A stretch of DNA of 63,930 nt, filler included, from Octopus bimaculoides (lineage: Eukaryota), in assembly GCF_001194135.2 (NCBI RefSeq). It is 6 parts of 6 records of this genome, joined end to end, with 100 filler letters (N's around TTAATTAATTAA, not from the genome) between each part and the next. Parts side by side here need not be neighbours in the genome. Positions count along the whole stretch, not along the records: positions 11,500 to 23,894 come from NC_068994.1; positions 23,995 to 50,315 come from NC_068999.1; 4 more parts are not named here. One strand, written 5' to 3'. Made by a program: the position numbers and the translations under genes. Numbering within the stretch: position 1 is the first letter of the stretch; each line of letters begins with the position of its first letter. Below are positions 12,701-25,615 of the stretch, one piece after another. Under the pieces are notes generated by a model. The model saw only the letters and a list, made by a program, of their open reading frames with translations, had not been told where the DNA came from and made no database searches.

Positions 12701-13914
12701 GGGAAGAGCGGGGATGAAGAGAACTTTGTTATTTAAATTGATTAAAAACTAATTGGTGATATATAATAATGAGTGAACCTGAATATAGTCAGTATTATTC
12801 TCTCAACCCTAAATGACACACAGACATCCTGTTTCTTCTCTTCATCTTTTCTACCACAATTACAATAACATGTTGAACTAGCAAGATACATTACCAACAA
12901 ACACTACCTACACTGAGGCTTCCCCTCTATATATTTGACTTTCTTGGTGTCTGGGTTTCCTAATTTCCATCTCACTTTAAATGCTTTCCACACCCAATCC
13001 TTGCAGGGCTGCATCCCACCTGAATTCCAGCCCTGGGTATATTTTTCCCTTACAGATGTGAATTTGGTGGACTCATCTGTCATAAACAACAGATGAAGGA
13101 TCCACAACACCTTGCATTGAACTACCTGCAAAGGTGATTTTTTGTATAGTGATCAAATGATTGTGCTGTACATTAGCTCACTCCTTCACCCCATCAAATT
13201 GACATTACCTGAACAGGTGCACGACGAAGTGATCATAGAACATTGTGATCACTTCGTTTGGCTCAAGAATGCAACACACCACCTTGTACGGTAATTGAAA
13301 CCATAATCTTGCGATCACGAATGCAACACCCTAGCCACTAGGCCTCATATCTTCAGATATCAATTTACAGATGTATAAACTAAACATTAAGCATCAACTT
13401 CAAAGACCTGCAGTAGCCATGGGCATTGTCCCTTCATTTTTAGCTGGCTTAGTAATGAAAGAAGACATTCTAATACTAATTTTTCTCTCTCTCTCTCTGT
13501 ATATACATATATTTACTATTTGCACACACACACACGCACACACACACAAACGAGCAAACAAGGAACTTATAATAAACACCTTCAGATAATTTAATAAAGT
13601 ATTGAATAACAAGATATTAGACCAGTATAAAAAAATACTTAAAAAAATAAAATCTTTAAATATGAAGATAAAAGTTATTAAAAGATAAGAGATGAAAATA
13701 TTAACAAACATGTTAATTTATTACGTCTAAAAGTAATAAATTACACAGGCATTCTTGGCTGTTGTAAGAAATGTTATATTCTTCACACGTCTATCCACTG
13801 ACGTTTTCTATGTCTTCGTAATTTAAATATCTAAATCCGCTAAATCTGAGAGATGAATGAGTGTTTATCAGATTATAACTATTTAAAATTTATATAATAT
13901 AAGTATATACTGAT

Positions 13915-14125
13915 TTCAAATTTTGGCGTAAGGCTAGCGATTTCGGAAAGAGGTTAAGTCGATTACATCGACCCTAGTGCTCGACTGGTACTTATTTTAT
14001 CGATCTCGAAAGTATGAAAGGCAAAGTCGATCTTGGCGGAATTTGAAATTAGAACGTAAAGACGGATGAAATGCCGCTAAGCATTTTGTCCAGCGTGCTA
14101 ACGATTTTGCCAGCTCGCCGCCTTA
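13915..14125 (-). mobile_element. SINE family B copy
   Basis: Reverse complement of the GGCGGCGAGCTGGCAAAATCGTTAGCACGC head through GTACCAGTCGAGCACTAGGGTCGATGTAATCGAC. Confidence 0.85.
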
Positions 14126-14556
14126 TGTCTATAATAATAAACACAAAATTCTGTCTGACCGCCCGTCCGTCTGGGACCCCTGTATCTCAGTCTACATTTG
14201 CTCTACATAAATACATAAATATGTACTTTTTTTGGAATCAGGATGATTCTGGGACTGAAAATCTGTTCTTCATTTGGTTCTTGAACTGCCACAACATCGG
14301 GATCAGGTCTGGGTGAGGATTCGTTGAAAATTCAAATTTCAAAAGAACTCCAGAAATTTGTGAACTTACAAGTTTTCTCTTTAAACTGAATTTAAAGCAA
14401 TACCATATTGGCAGGGTACCAATAAATGCTTTATTATTATTGCTCTCTTTAGTTTTGGGCCGAAGGCCCAATTATCCCACCGCAGGAGCTAGGTTAAGAG
14501 TCCGCTGTCGTCAGTGTTGTTGTGAATTCCTTAAATCAGCCATATGCCCTTCCATC

Positions 14557-14631
<75 letters not shown>

Positions 14632-16611
14632 GTGTGTGTAAACTGAAGATGTGTGTGTGTGTGTGTGTGTGTGTAAATCCGTAGAACTTCTGAAGTTCGC
14701 AACGGATTTTCTCCAAACTGGGAACATGCATTGCTTATGTTCCAGAGATGGTTTTAGACTCTCAAAATTTTTCACATAGTGAATAATGGGGACCATGGAG
14801 GCAGAAAAAAACCCTTTGCTGGGGTACGCATGACTGCCCACATGGTCCACTCAAACTGGAAAAAACAGCTACTGAAATGATATAAGTAGGTTTTATTAAA
14901 TAGATGAACCGATGTGGACTTCAAACTGCGTTGTCTAAGTGGTAGCAATAATAGCCTGTTCTGGTTGTACCGTATGTAGCAATTTGTTGGAATAAAAATC
15001 GTTTAGAACGCATTATGTTTATTATGAAAAATATGCTAAAATATGTTAAATCCTGAGCAACTATTCAACTATTTTCTTTTAGCTTCAGTATCAAAGTTTT
15101 CTTTCTAAGCATAAACGAAACCCATACAATTATTCTTCAACTATTGATTACAAACCGAAATATCACATGTACATTAACCTACTAATTTATAGTGTCTAAG
15201 ACCCAACCACGTTAGTTAGAGACCGTGTCCTTAATGAGACCTTGCGCGCCAGGACGCTGCATGCAGAATTGTTTTCATTTGGGAGCTGAGTTGTCCTCAC
15301 AATAGCGCACGCTGTTTACGCGAAGGAGTGCACGATTGAGCCACGACTATTGATTCTAAACCGAAATACTGCATGACAGTGTTGTTTTCAAGCGCTTCTT
15401 TGCCAATCCACCCCCTTACTACTTCATTTCTTTCATGTGGAGTTATCTCATGTGGTGCTGTTGAGCGCGCCCACAGGCTTAATCTATCACAAATGTAGCT
15501 CCTATGTTTGCTAATTGTTCAGCGTGTTTGCGGCAGTGCTGACATCCACAAAGGAAGGTATATCCACTGAGAGCTTTTTGGTGCGTTCAAAAATCACATA
15601 CTCCCTACTTTTCCATGATAAGGTTAGGGTCCTGGAATCTTCCAAACAGACGCATGACATGCCAGTCGAATTAGCCCTTCATTTACTCCACAAATATTTT
15701 GTCGTCAATGTTGCACCTTCCCGTATCACTATGCCATTTAAATCCCGAACAACGCCACGTATCTCTGCTAGTTTACCTATGAATGAAGATATAAGTTGTA
15801 TAGAAGTAGCAGCAGTAATGAATATTACTGTGGTTTCTAGTTGGAAACCCCAGGTTTCCTGCACTGAAAGAACTTGGTTAAGAGTCTATACAGTTAAGTG
15901 GTACACCCGTATACCTTGCAGCTATGTTATGACACCAACCAGAATGTTGCAGAGGGTGTTTAAAGACTCAAGGCTTCATAAAACCGATCTGATCATTGTA
16001 AACCAATTTAAGTTAACAATCTAGATTTGTTTACGAAAATTGGTTTTATGTTTACTTAATTTTCTCATTTATGCGGATTTTATGTATGCTGACTTGGAAA
16101 GCCAACATTACAAAGTCTTCAGTTTAGCCGATTCTGGTAGCAGACTAAACTATTATTAATGATTCACTTAAAATTACCGTTATCGTGCTGGAAGTTTTTT
16201 CGTCAACGACTCAATTTTTAAAGAAGTCAATTCAATGACTTTCGAAAACATCCATGACTGTCTTCTACACTTCCTAAAGCTTATAAGGTTTAGATATTAT
16301 GCCGAAACAGCATAAAATCTAAGTCAGATTTTCTGCGCGTTTCGTTTTGTACTCACGTGGTATACTTACCAAGTGTTATGTTGACCTGATATAACCTTAC
16401 TGATCGAGTTCAGATCGAGATTACACCAGACCAGTTAAAATCAAGTCAGATCAGATTAGATCGGTGCTGATGCCTCGGAAGAAGTGAGAAATCGTCGGAG
16501 TTTTATAGTCAAAAATACCAGGAGTGAGCGGAGTTAAATTTACGTCATTTATGGAATATCTTAAAATTTCTCAATTGAAGATACAATACAAGACAATAAT
16601 ATATACTTTAA

Positions 16612-16980
16612 CCGTCAGAACCCCCAGCGGCCGCTTTACCGGCTGCCACGTTGTACTATTTACAAATAACCGCCAGCTGCAAATACAAATAACCCAGCGG
16701 CCGCTTTACCGGCCAATATTTTGTGCATTGGAAAACCAGACAATAACTATTGGTTCGACTGGCACCACAATCACCAGTATTGGCGATAAAAAAAAAAAAG
16801 CAAAAACAAAAAACAAGTGATAAGGACAATGTTTCCCTCTATTTGGCATTTTATTGCAATATGAGAAACAGAAGACATATTTTAATGACACTGAAACAAT
16901 ATTAGGTGGGAAATCATTTTTTTGGCCCTTTTACCCAGGGAACCTGGGGTGAGGGTACCGAAGACAACGGGTTCAAAGGG
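16612..16980. mobile_element. piggyBac-like non-autonomous element (369 bp)
   Basis: Flanked by TTAA at 16608-16611 and 16981-16984. Imperfect TIRs CCGTCAGAACCC and RC CCCTTTGAACCC. Internal 21-bp direct repeat CCCAGCGGCCGCTTTACCGGC at 16623-16643 and 16693-16713. Confidence 0.65.
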
Positions 16981-17899
16981 TTAACGTCTTCCATTCTTTC
17001 AGCTTGCCTTAATAAAAAATAGATGTAACTACGATGATGTAACAGTAGAATACATTTTTTAAAATCTCAAATGTCGGAGTATTGAACTGGCGATTTGCAG
17101 CATTCATATCTTTGTTTTTTCAAGTGTATTAGAGGATAAGAAAATTGGAATGTTTCCAAAATTGTATTTTCTATTACTAGGGATTATGTGTTTTTATTTT
17201 TCTTCCTTTAGGGCAATAGATTATTTTGGTTCACAGAATAATACCAAATAATGCTACTGGTACTTGTTTTATAAACTACGAAGCACTAGTAAATTCAAAT
17301 CAATATCAGCGAGATTTGAAGTGTAGCACCGATTGAAGAAGAAGAAGAAAAAAAAAAAGGAACATTTTTCTCTTTTGTAACTTTCGTCAGTAGTATTATA
17401 TATCTGAGAGATGTGAAACGCATTCAGCTGAGATTTGAAACTAGACATCCAACGAATTTATTTCTTGCTGTTCATCGTTCACTTTTATATATACCAAAAA
17501 ATATCATATCCATTCAACAACAACAATAGTAATTCCTTGTCACAACAGCCCATACATTCAATACAAAACATGTTAAACAAGACTCAAGACGTATGGGGAT
17601 GTATATATGTGTATGTATGATTTTTTTTTTTGAGTTTTATTAAAGTTCTTGAGAGAGTTCAAGCCGGTCACTAACAAAGCAACAGTGTTCGTAAATATGT
17701 AGTTGAGCTGGCGTGTTGGTTGAACTGTCGATGCATACACCGAAGTGTGTGCATCTATTCACATAAGAATCTCAGATGGTGACTTTTTAGAATGTCTTAC
17801 TAATTTTTTACTGTGCCACTAATAGATTGGATTTGGAGAATCCGCGTCAGTTTTTTCTTTCTCTTTTTAATTTAGAATAAATTTTGACTGGCCACTTAC

Positions 17900-18760
17900 T
17901 TGGCAGCAAGGTTGTGAATGAAAACATCTCGTTTTAACCATCATTCTTTTAATCTTAAGAAGGTCTTGCAAGTTTTTATAGCCCCAGACATTGTGATTAT
18001 TTGTAGAGTATGAATTATGGATTGGCGTTCTCTCTCCAAGAATCCAAGTTCAGCCAACTTTGCTCCAACCGGGTTGGTATGTATCCTGTGACTCCAATAA
18101 TAATAGGTATAAAACTGAAAGTGTATCTTGGGTACTGGATTTGCAAACTTCTTATCAATGGTCTATAGATGTCCTCTTTCTCTTATTTTTCTAACTACAT
18201 TTGTGTCTAGACGGCAGCTGATTTTCACAACAGAACATATCTTTTCTTTGTGATCCCACACAACAATATCTGGTCGGTTGTGTTTTAACTTGGTAGTTGT
18301 TTTAACTTTTAAGCTCCACCAATATTCTATTGACCCATTGGTCTCAATGTAGTCAATTTCGTCTGTTTGTGTTATATTTTTTGTTAACCGGTTGCAGACT
18401 GTTTGGCCACCACATTATGCCTCATGGGAAGATAATATCTGGAAGACATTCTCACGCAGTTGGCAATAGTATGGCTGATGTCTTCAATCTTGGTCTTGCA
18501 CAGTCTTCATATTTTTGCTGATTGTCAATGTTTTCTTCCTTTTATGTTGTAGGTACTTTGTGGGGGATCTCTTGTTCTTGAATTGCATGGAGGTAGCCTT
18601 CGAAATGGATGTCATAAATTTGCTGCTACTCCATGCCAAGCTTTTGACATGATCAATGCCGTCTATGGTTTGAGTTTTGCGTGCCATCTTTTATCTTCTT
18701 AGTGAACTGGTCCATTTTTCATCTGTCTATATTACCTTTAATCCGGGTCATATCTAGCAT
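17900..18760 (-). mobile_element. Degenerate 3' portion of an RLE-type non-LTR retrotransposon (CCHC knuckle + restriction-like endonuclease)
   Basis: Minus-strand translation *RLCKTKIEDISHTIANCVRMSSRYYLPMRHNVVAK (first Cys mutated to TGA), then YWWSLKVKTTTKLKHNRPDIVVWDHKEKICSVVKISC, a frameshift, then EDIYRPLIRSLQIQYPRYTFSFIPIIIGVTGYIP. Confidence 0.8.
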
Positions 18761-19053
18761 TGTTTCTATATACAAGGCACATATAGTCTCGTTTACCACT
18801 GATTCATTTATTACTGATCTGCGATTACACGGTACACTCAACTGTAAACCATGTCATGGATTAATCTGTGATAACACGGATCGAAGGCTTGTACCACAAA
18901 AACGCACCTCCTCCATCGACCACCCACAATGCTCAGCTACTCAGAATGCATTGACTACTGCATGCGTTTACACGACCGTGCTGCGTGGTTGTGTATTTTT
19001 TTTATACGGATTTACTACTCATACCCATCATCAACAAGGCGCCTCGTTCTAAC

Positions 19054-19185
19054 AAACGACGCAGACAAATGTATTCTCTACCAGATAAAGTAGAGATGAT
19101 AAAGAAAATAAGTGACGGTGAAAGCTCCACCTCTGTGGGCTGCCAGTTTGGTGCCAAAGCATCTACCATTCGTTCCATTTACAAA
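19054..19185 (+). mobile_element. Tigger/pogo transposase N-terminal CENP-B/psq-type HTH fragment
   Basis: KRRRQMYSLPDKVEMIKKISDGESSTSVGCQFGAKASTIRSIYK fits the KRK..L.EK..II.R...GES...I...FG...STIR.I.K pattern. No catalytic domain follows. Confidence 0.65.
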
Positions 19186-19699
19186 GTGAGTGGAGTTGAT
19201 TCATCTATTACTGCTTCAGCTATCAGAGATTTAACCTTTTAACCGAACTCCCGTGATAAACAAAGATAGATTTGTAATATATTTCATCAGTCTATCTTAA
19301 AGAAAAAAACAGATTAAAGGTCGTTCCCTTCTATATATATAACAATAATGTGGGACCAACACAGAAAGAAGAGGGCGGCAGGCGAGGCGGAAACGAATGA
19401 ACGCAAAAGAGCAGGCATTAACGTCACCCTAGGTACCTGATGATGGTATAAAACCGTGTGATACATTAAGTCAATCTCCCAAGTTGGTCACTGCAGGATA
19501 TGAACTCAGAACCCAAAGAATCAGCACGAATACCAAAAGACAAACCCACCGATGCACTAACACTTCCGCCAATTCATTGAACTTCACAAGTATCGACCCC
19601 AGAAGTATGAAGGATAAAGTTGACAGTTGACCCTCAGCGGGGTTTGAACTCGAACGCAATTTAGACCCCCCCCCTCGGTCATGAATGATCACGGTCTTG

Positions 19700-19990
19700 A
19701 ATGACCATTGCACCTACAAAGTTACACTCCGAGGCACAAGTCCGGGCAAGGTTGTTTATGTAAGACCAGCAGTCACCCATGCATACCAGCCTCCCCTCTC
19801 CACGCCACCAATGTTGTTCAAGCGAAAGGCAAAGGCAGATACAGCTTGGCACCAGTGACATCACAACTCATTTCTACAGCTGAGTGAACTGGTGCAATGT
19901 GTAATAAAGTGTCTTGCTTAAGAACACAACACGCAGCCCGGTCCGGACCAATGCTCCACTCACTCTGCCAACTCAACGTCTCTGTGACTG
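19700..19990 (-). mobile_element. SINE family C copy
   Basis: CAACTCATTTCTACAGCTGAGTGAACTGG..CAATGT..AATAAAGTGTCTTGCT module. A homologous copy in the opposite orientation lies at about 44725-44935. Confidence 0.75.
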
Positions 19991-20514
19991 AGTAAAGAAT
20001 AAATAACAGAATATTTAAGGTAACTCCGGAGTGCACAATAGGGAATTCTTTCTGATTTTGGCACAAGGTCAGTAATTTTGCGTCGACCCCATATTTGACT
20101 GGTACTTTTCGCATTGAAAGGACGAAAGGCAAAGTGACCACATCACGCGCGCGCGCAAACACAAACGCGCGCACGCGCACGCGCACGCACGCGCACGCAC
20201 ACGCACGCACACACACGCATGAATGACTGTTTTTATTATTCTTATACATGAATGTTGTTGACAGTGACTTTGAAATTTCGCCCAGCTAACCTATCAGATT
20301 AATGTAAAATTGTTTTTATCATAATTAAGCATAAAAGTGAACATTAATATAATGTGAATATATGTATACATATGTAGATAATGTGTGTGTGTATATATGT
20401 ATATATATATANNNNNNNNNNNNNNNNNNNNNNNNNNNNNNNNNNNNNNNNNNNNNNNNNNNNNNNNNNNNNNNNNNNNNNNNNNNNNNNNNNNNNNNNN
20501 NNNNNNNNNNNNNN

Positions 20515-20549
<35 letters not shown>

Positions 20550-21662
20550 TACATACATACATATATATATATATATCAAACATAAATTTATGTTTGATAT
20601 ATCCTCTCACCTCTGCCACTATCTGGCATATACAGGTGCTTACACTTATCAAGTATTACCTCTAAACTTACAGTACCTATATGTGTGTGTGTGTATGTGT
20701 GTGTGAATATATGCATGTGTGTGGATGTATGTATCTACCTGTCTGTTTGCCTGTCTATCTTCTCCTTTCTATGCTTAGTACAAGGACAGTAATTTTGAAA
20801 GAAGGGGTCAATGACTTGTTAACGATTTTGCCAGTTCTCCGCCTTGAGTGTAAAGTAGATAAAACACTCACACTTAACATTTGACGTTGCACACAAGACG
20901 AGATATTTATTTACATTTTATGTTTCTTGAATGGCTTCCCAGCAATGGGACAACTGTTTCAAAGAAGTCTGGGGGAAAAAAAAAACACACACACACACAA
21001 AACAAAAAAAGAAAAAAAAAACGAAAAGAAAACCCAGTTTATTCACGATAGTGTCACATCAAAAAGAACATTGGTATTGATTTCTTACATTGGTACAAAG
21101 TATTAGGATCGGTAAATAGCTGTTAGTCGATTATGTCTCTCTCAGTTCTTGATTGCTACTTATTTTATCGATTTCGGGAGAAAGCTGAAAGGCAAAGTAG
21201 AATGTAGGCGTGATTTGAACTCACAACGTAAATGGGCGTGATTACATACTGCAGTTTGTCCGCCTCTCTTTATTGATCCGAAACATTTGTAATGATAATA
21301 ATAATAATATGCTAACAATAATAATTGAAATGTCATCGTCAAAATAAACTGTATATCACAGACAGACAAGCAGACACGAGCCAATGAGGCCAGCCTCTAT
21401 ATGCTCGCGTATATGTATGCATGCGTACATGCGTGTGTGTATGTATGTATGTATGTATGTATGTATGTATGTATGTATGCATGTATGCCTGCCTGTATGT
21501 ATGTATGCCTGAATGTATATATCTATGCCCGTATGTTTGTATGTCTGCATGCATGTACATCTCATTCACACACACAGACGAATACACACACACACACACA
21601 CACACACAAACTCATATGGAAGCTAACGCTTAAGTAAGAATTTCAATATATATATACACATA

Positions 21663-21825
21663 TAGGTGTAGGAGAGACTGTGTGGTAAGTAGATTTCTTA
21701 CCAACCACATGGTTCTGGTTTCAGTCTCCCTGCATGACACCTTGGACAAGTGTCTCCTACTATAGCCTCTCGCCGACCAAAGCCTTGTGAGTGGATTTGG
21801 TAGACGGAAACTGAAAGAAGTCAAT

Positions 21826-21868
<43 letters not shown>

Positions 21869-22240
21869 ATATGTTTGCCCCCCCCCATCGCTTGACAACC
21901 GATGTTGGTGTGTTTACGTCCCCGTAATTTAGCGTTCTTGCAGTCAATTTCTTCGACTAAAAGGCGGTGTTCCAGCATGGCAGCAGTCAAATGACTGGAA
22001 AAAAAAAGAATATATAAAATATATAGACCGCGAGTTGGCACAGTCGTTAGCCCGCCAAATAAACTGTTTAGCGCCATTTCGTCCGTCTTTATGGTCTGAG
22101 TTCAAATTCCACCGAGGTCAACTTTGCCTCTCATCCTTTCGCGATCGATAAAATAAGTACCAGTCAAGTACTGGGGTCAATGCCATCAACTCACCCTTTT
22201 CCACGAACTTGCTGGCATCGTGCCAAAATTTGAGACCAAT
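21663..22240 (+). mobile_element. Adjacent SINE family A (21663-22012) and family B (22025-22240) copies
   Basis: Both diagnostic cores present in tandem. Confidence 0.85.
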
Positions 22241-22813
22241 AAATAAAAATACAATTGCATATTACAAATAAATCCATTTATATTTAGAAAATATGTTTAT
22301 TCGAATATTTAGCTTCATTATATTTCCAAGTATCGTTCGAAAAAACATTCGTTGTACATTTTATTATCATACATTATATTATTATTATTCTAAACCTGAT
22401 ACTCTTCAATTTATTGAGCTTTTCTGCTTCTCATTTTTCATAAAAGAAGTTATTTCGATATAATTATGGAATATTATTTTTACAATTGTTATAATAGTTC
22501 ATTTCTATAAGTTAATTTAAAATTCCATTATTTTTGTTTCGAACACTCTTACAAAATCTTTTAAAAAGCAAATCTAGTTTCATTATGTTCATGGTGTTTC
22601 TCTTGTTTTCGTACATCATCAGATACCACTGTTTACATAAACAGTCAAATACTCTTATGACTTTCTTTGCTGCTCAGCTGATGAAGTATCGAGTGGTCAG
22701 GAAATTTTATGAATCTCTGACGGTCAAAATCATCAAAGTGTCCTTATAAGAGACAAAATATATACTTTCTATAAATTTCAACAAGTGTTTTTTATTATAT
22801 CTTCTGGAGTTTA

Positions 22814-22879
<66 letters not shown>

Positions 22880-23298
22880 CGTGTGCGCGTGCGCGTGCGC
22901 GTGTGTGAATATATATATATATATATGATTGTTAAAGAGGACAACAAACGTTAAGGCAAGGCAGACATCTCAAGTCGTATACATTATTATTATTGGAAAA
23001 AATTCACAGCCTTACAGCTGTTTTTTGGATTTCCCAGAGTATGAGATATTCTGTCATCGGAGACGAATAGGGAAAATGAGAAGGGTATAAATTAATGAAA
23101 TGACGACATAGAGGACGGGAATAAAGGAATGAGATGAAGAAGGAGAATTATAATAGCGATACCAATAACAATAATGACGATCATAATAATAATGGTAACG
23201 CTGACATGGATATCACGAACGATTCACCAAATACTACCCTAGCCACTACCAGCACTACCTCATCTCTCTCTCCAGTTAACCATCGTAGAACTGACAGC

Positions 23299-23716
23299 TA
23301 CAACTGCAGATCTGGGACAGACTGCCCGATGAAAGTCCATTGCAGAAGATTCAACGTCGTATACCAATGTAGCGTTCACAAAATAGTAAAAAACTCCTAT
23401 AGCTACTATATTGGATCTACCACAAATTTTTAAGCAAAAATGTTATGCACATTTAAACTCGTTTAAATATAAAGAGAATAACAATTCCGCATCACTAGCC
23501 AGCCACGTACACCATATAATTAATGGAAAAATACGATATAGACTTTCCTGGGCTATAATACTCTTTGGTATCCAATATCATGGCCAGCACTCCATTTGTG
23601 GATTCTGTTTAAAAGAAGCCCTTATATATCATAAAATGTGTATGTCTGTGTGTATGTGTGTATATTTAGTGCTGACAGAGAGAAGAAAGTGTGCTCAATA
23701 CCATAGTGAAAATTAA
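23299..23716 (+). mobile_element. Penelope-like element GIY-YIG endonuclease relic (frameshifted)
   Basis: YNCRSGTDCPMKVHCRRFNVVYQCSV...YYIGSTTNF, frameshift, FKQKCYAHLNSFKYKENNNSASLASHVH...CGFCLKEAL. This matches the PLE pattern CNC...CPL...C....VVY...YIG.T...FK.R...H..SF. Confidence 0.8.
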
Positions 23717-24224
23717 TAATATTTTTATTATGGTTGAGCCGTTCTTTCGTTGTTCTAAGTTTCACCTATGGGAGTACAAGGTCTTCAGGCAAAGTACGAC
23801 TCCAATATTAATGTTGTAATTTGACTGATGTAGGCGAAACACAAATAACTAGACGCTGACACAACCAATATATATATATATATATATATATATANNNNNN
23901 NNNNNNNNNNNNNNNNNNNNNNNNNNNNNNNNNNNNNNTTAATTAATTAANNNNNNNNNNNNNNNNNNNNNNNNNNNNNNNNNNNNNNNNNNNNATATAT
24001 ATATCAAAATAAGCAACAAGGATATACAGAGATACTGTAGTACGAACGTTTCAGGCAACTCCATTTAATTTAACAATGTACGAAAACACTTCCAGCAGAA
24101 TTATAATTCGGGAAATAAATTCATGTTACATAAACCTATTACAGTTTTATGCACAACATAAATCTCTATAACTTTGAATTAACGAAGCTACAGTGAATCA
24201 TTCAATATAATTATGGAATATATG

Positions 24225-24760
24225 TTTCGTGAAGGAACCAGTAGTTTTAGGTAAGGGAAAAAGTCGATTAGATCGACCCCAATGTTCAACTGGTACTTAT
24301 TCGACCACAGCAGAATTTCAACTCATAATGTAAAGACGAATGACATGCAGGTAAGCATTTTTCCCGTTGTGCTAAGGATTCTGCCAGCACATCGCCTTGC
24401 TTTTGTGAAGAAATATTAGAAATGTCATTATATTGACATGATAAACTATCATATTTACATAACGAAAACACCTAGAGCTACACGAGGCTCCGGCAGGGGA
24501 TGGTGGCGAACCCTTCTGTAGTCTTTCACCACAACTTTCTCTCACTATTACTTCCAGTTTCTGTTGTGCCTGTATTTCAAAGGGTCAGCATTGTCACACT
24601 GTTTCACGCTGAATATCCCCGAGAACTACGTTAAGGGTACACATATCTGTGGAGTGCTCAGCCACTTGCACGTTAATTTCATGAGCAGGCTGTTCCGTTG
24701 ATCGGATCAACTGGAACCCTCGACGTCGTAAGCGACGGAGTGCAAACAAATATGATATGC
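24225..24760. mobile_element. SINE family B (24225-24400, -) and headless SINE family D (24460-24760, +)
   Basis: Family D segment GAGGCTCCGGCAGGGATGGTGGCGAACCC is shared with 54555-54630. Confidence 0.7.
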
Positions 24761-25391
24761 AGCAACGTACTACCGATACAGTGCTTAGGATTAAAACATC
24801 CGTTACGAATTATACACAGATGTACACTTCCACAAACTGTATATATGTATGTACTCTATTTACATGCAATAGATAATAAAAAGTACTGATCATTTTTGAT
24901 TTAGCCTGTTTCAAATGCGGAAATGCTCCCTGAAATTAATAATGCCTCTCATACTTCTCATTAATAACTTATTTAGGTACTGATATGCTTTTACTATTCT
25001 AATTTTAAGTAATTGAAAATAACTTTTCCATGAGAAGAAAGTATGTCGACAAAAACAAGACGTAATTTGTCACCAAGTGGCGCCAGTGCTTTAAGTAAAT
25101 TTTTTTTAAAGTTAATATGTTTACTATGTGTTTAATGTTGGAAGTATCTTCATTGATTTCATTTGTAATGCATATATTTGTCTGGGTTTTGCCTTCACGC
25201 AGTTATCTTTGTTATATACTTTCATTCTTGTTACTTTTCAATTTCTGTGTTACTTAATAACATATTCAAACTAATGGCATCAGTTTTTCCATCTAAAAAG
25301 CTTGCCTTATTTGATTTCTACTCTAAACACTACTCAACATATTGGTCACACACCGACACACAAACACGCACATATACGTATATAATATATT

Positions 25392-25584
25392 CTTTTACTT
25401 GTTTCTGTCATTTGATAATGCGGCCATGCTGGAGCACTGCCTTTCGTCGAACAAATCTACACCCATGACTTATTCTTTGTAAGCATAGTACTTACTGTAC
25501 AGGCCTTTTGCCGAATCGCTAGGCTACGGGGATGTAAACACACCAACGTCGATTGACAAGCGAACATGGGGGACAAACACAAAT

Positions 25585-25590
<6 letters not shown>
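25392..25590 (-). mobile_element. SINE family A 3' half, truncated by N-gap
   Basis: TTTTACTTGTTTCTGTCATTTGA..GCGGCCATGCTGGAGCAC is the RC of the family A tail. Confidence 0.8.

Positions 25591-25615
<25 letters not shown>

Noticed and set aside
13056-13133. Possible 78-nt cassette or poison exon (TTTTCCCTTACAG| ... AAG|GTGATT)
   Set aside because: Weak donor, early stop in the Xlox frame, adjacent to a SINE remnant; such sites are common by chance without transcript evidence.
23825-23845. CTGATGT-AGGC-GAAAC as another hammerhead (also CTGATGA at about 29819 and 22678)
   Set aside because: Stems I and III and the cleavage triplet cannot be built convincingly.
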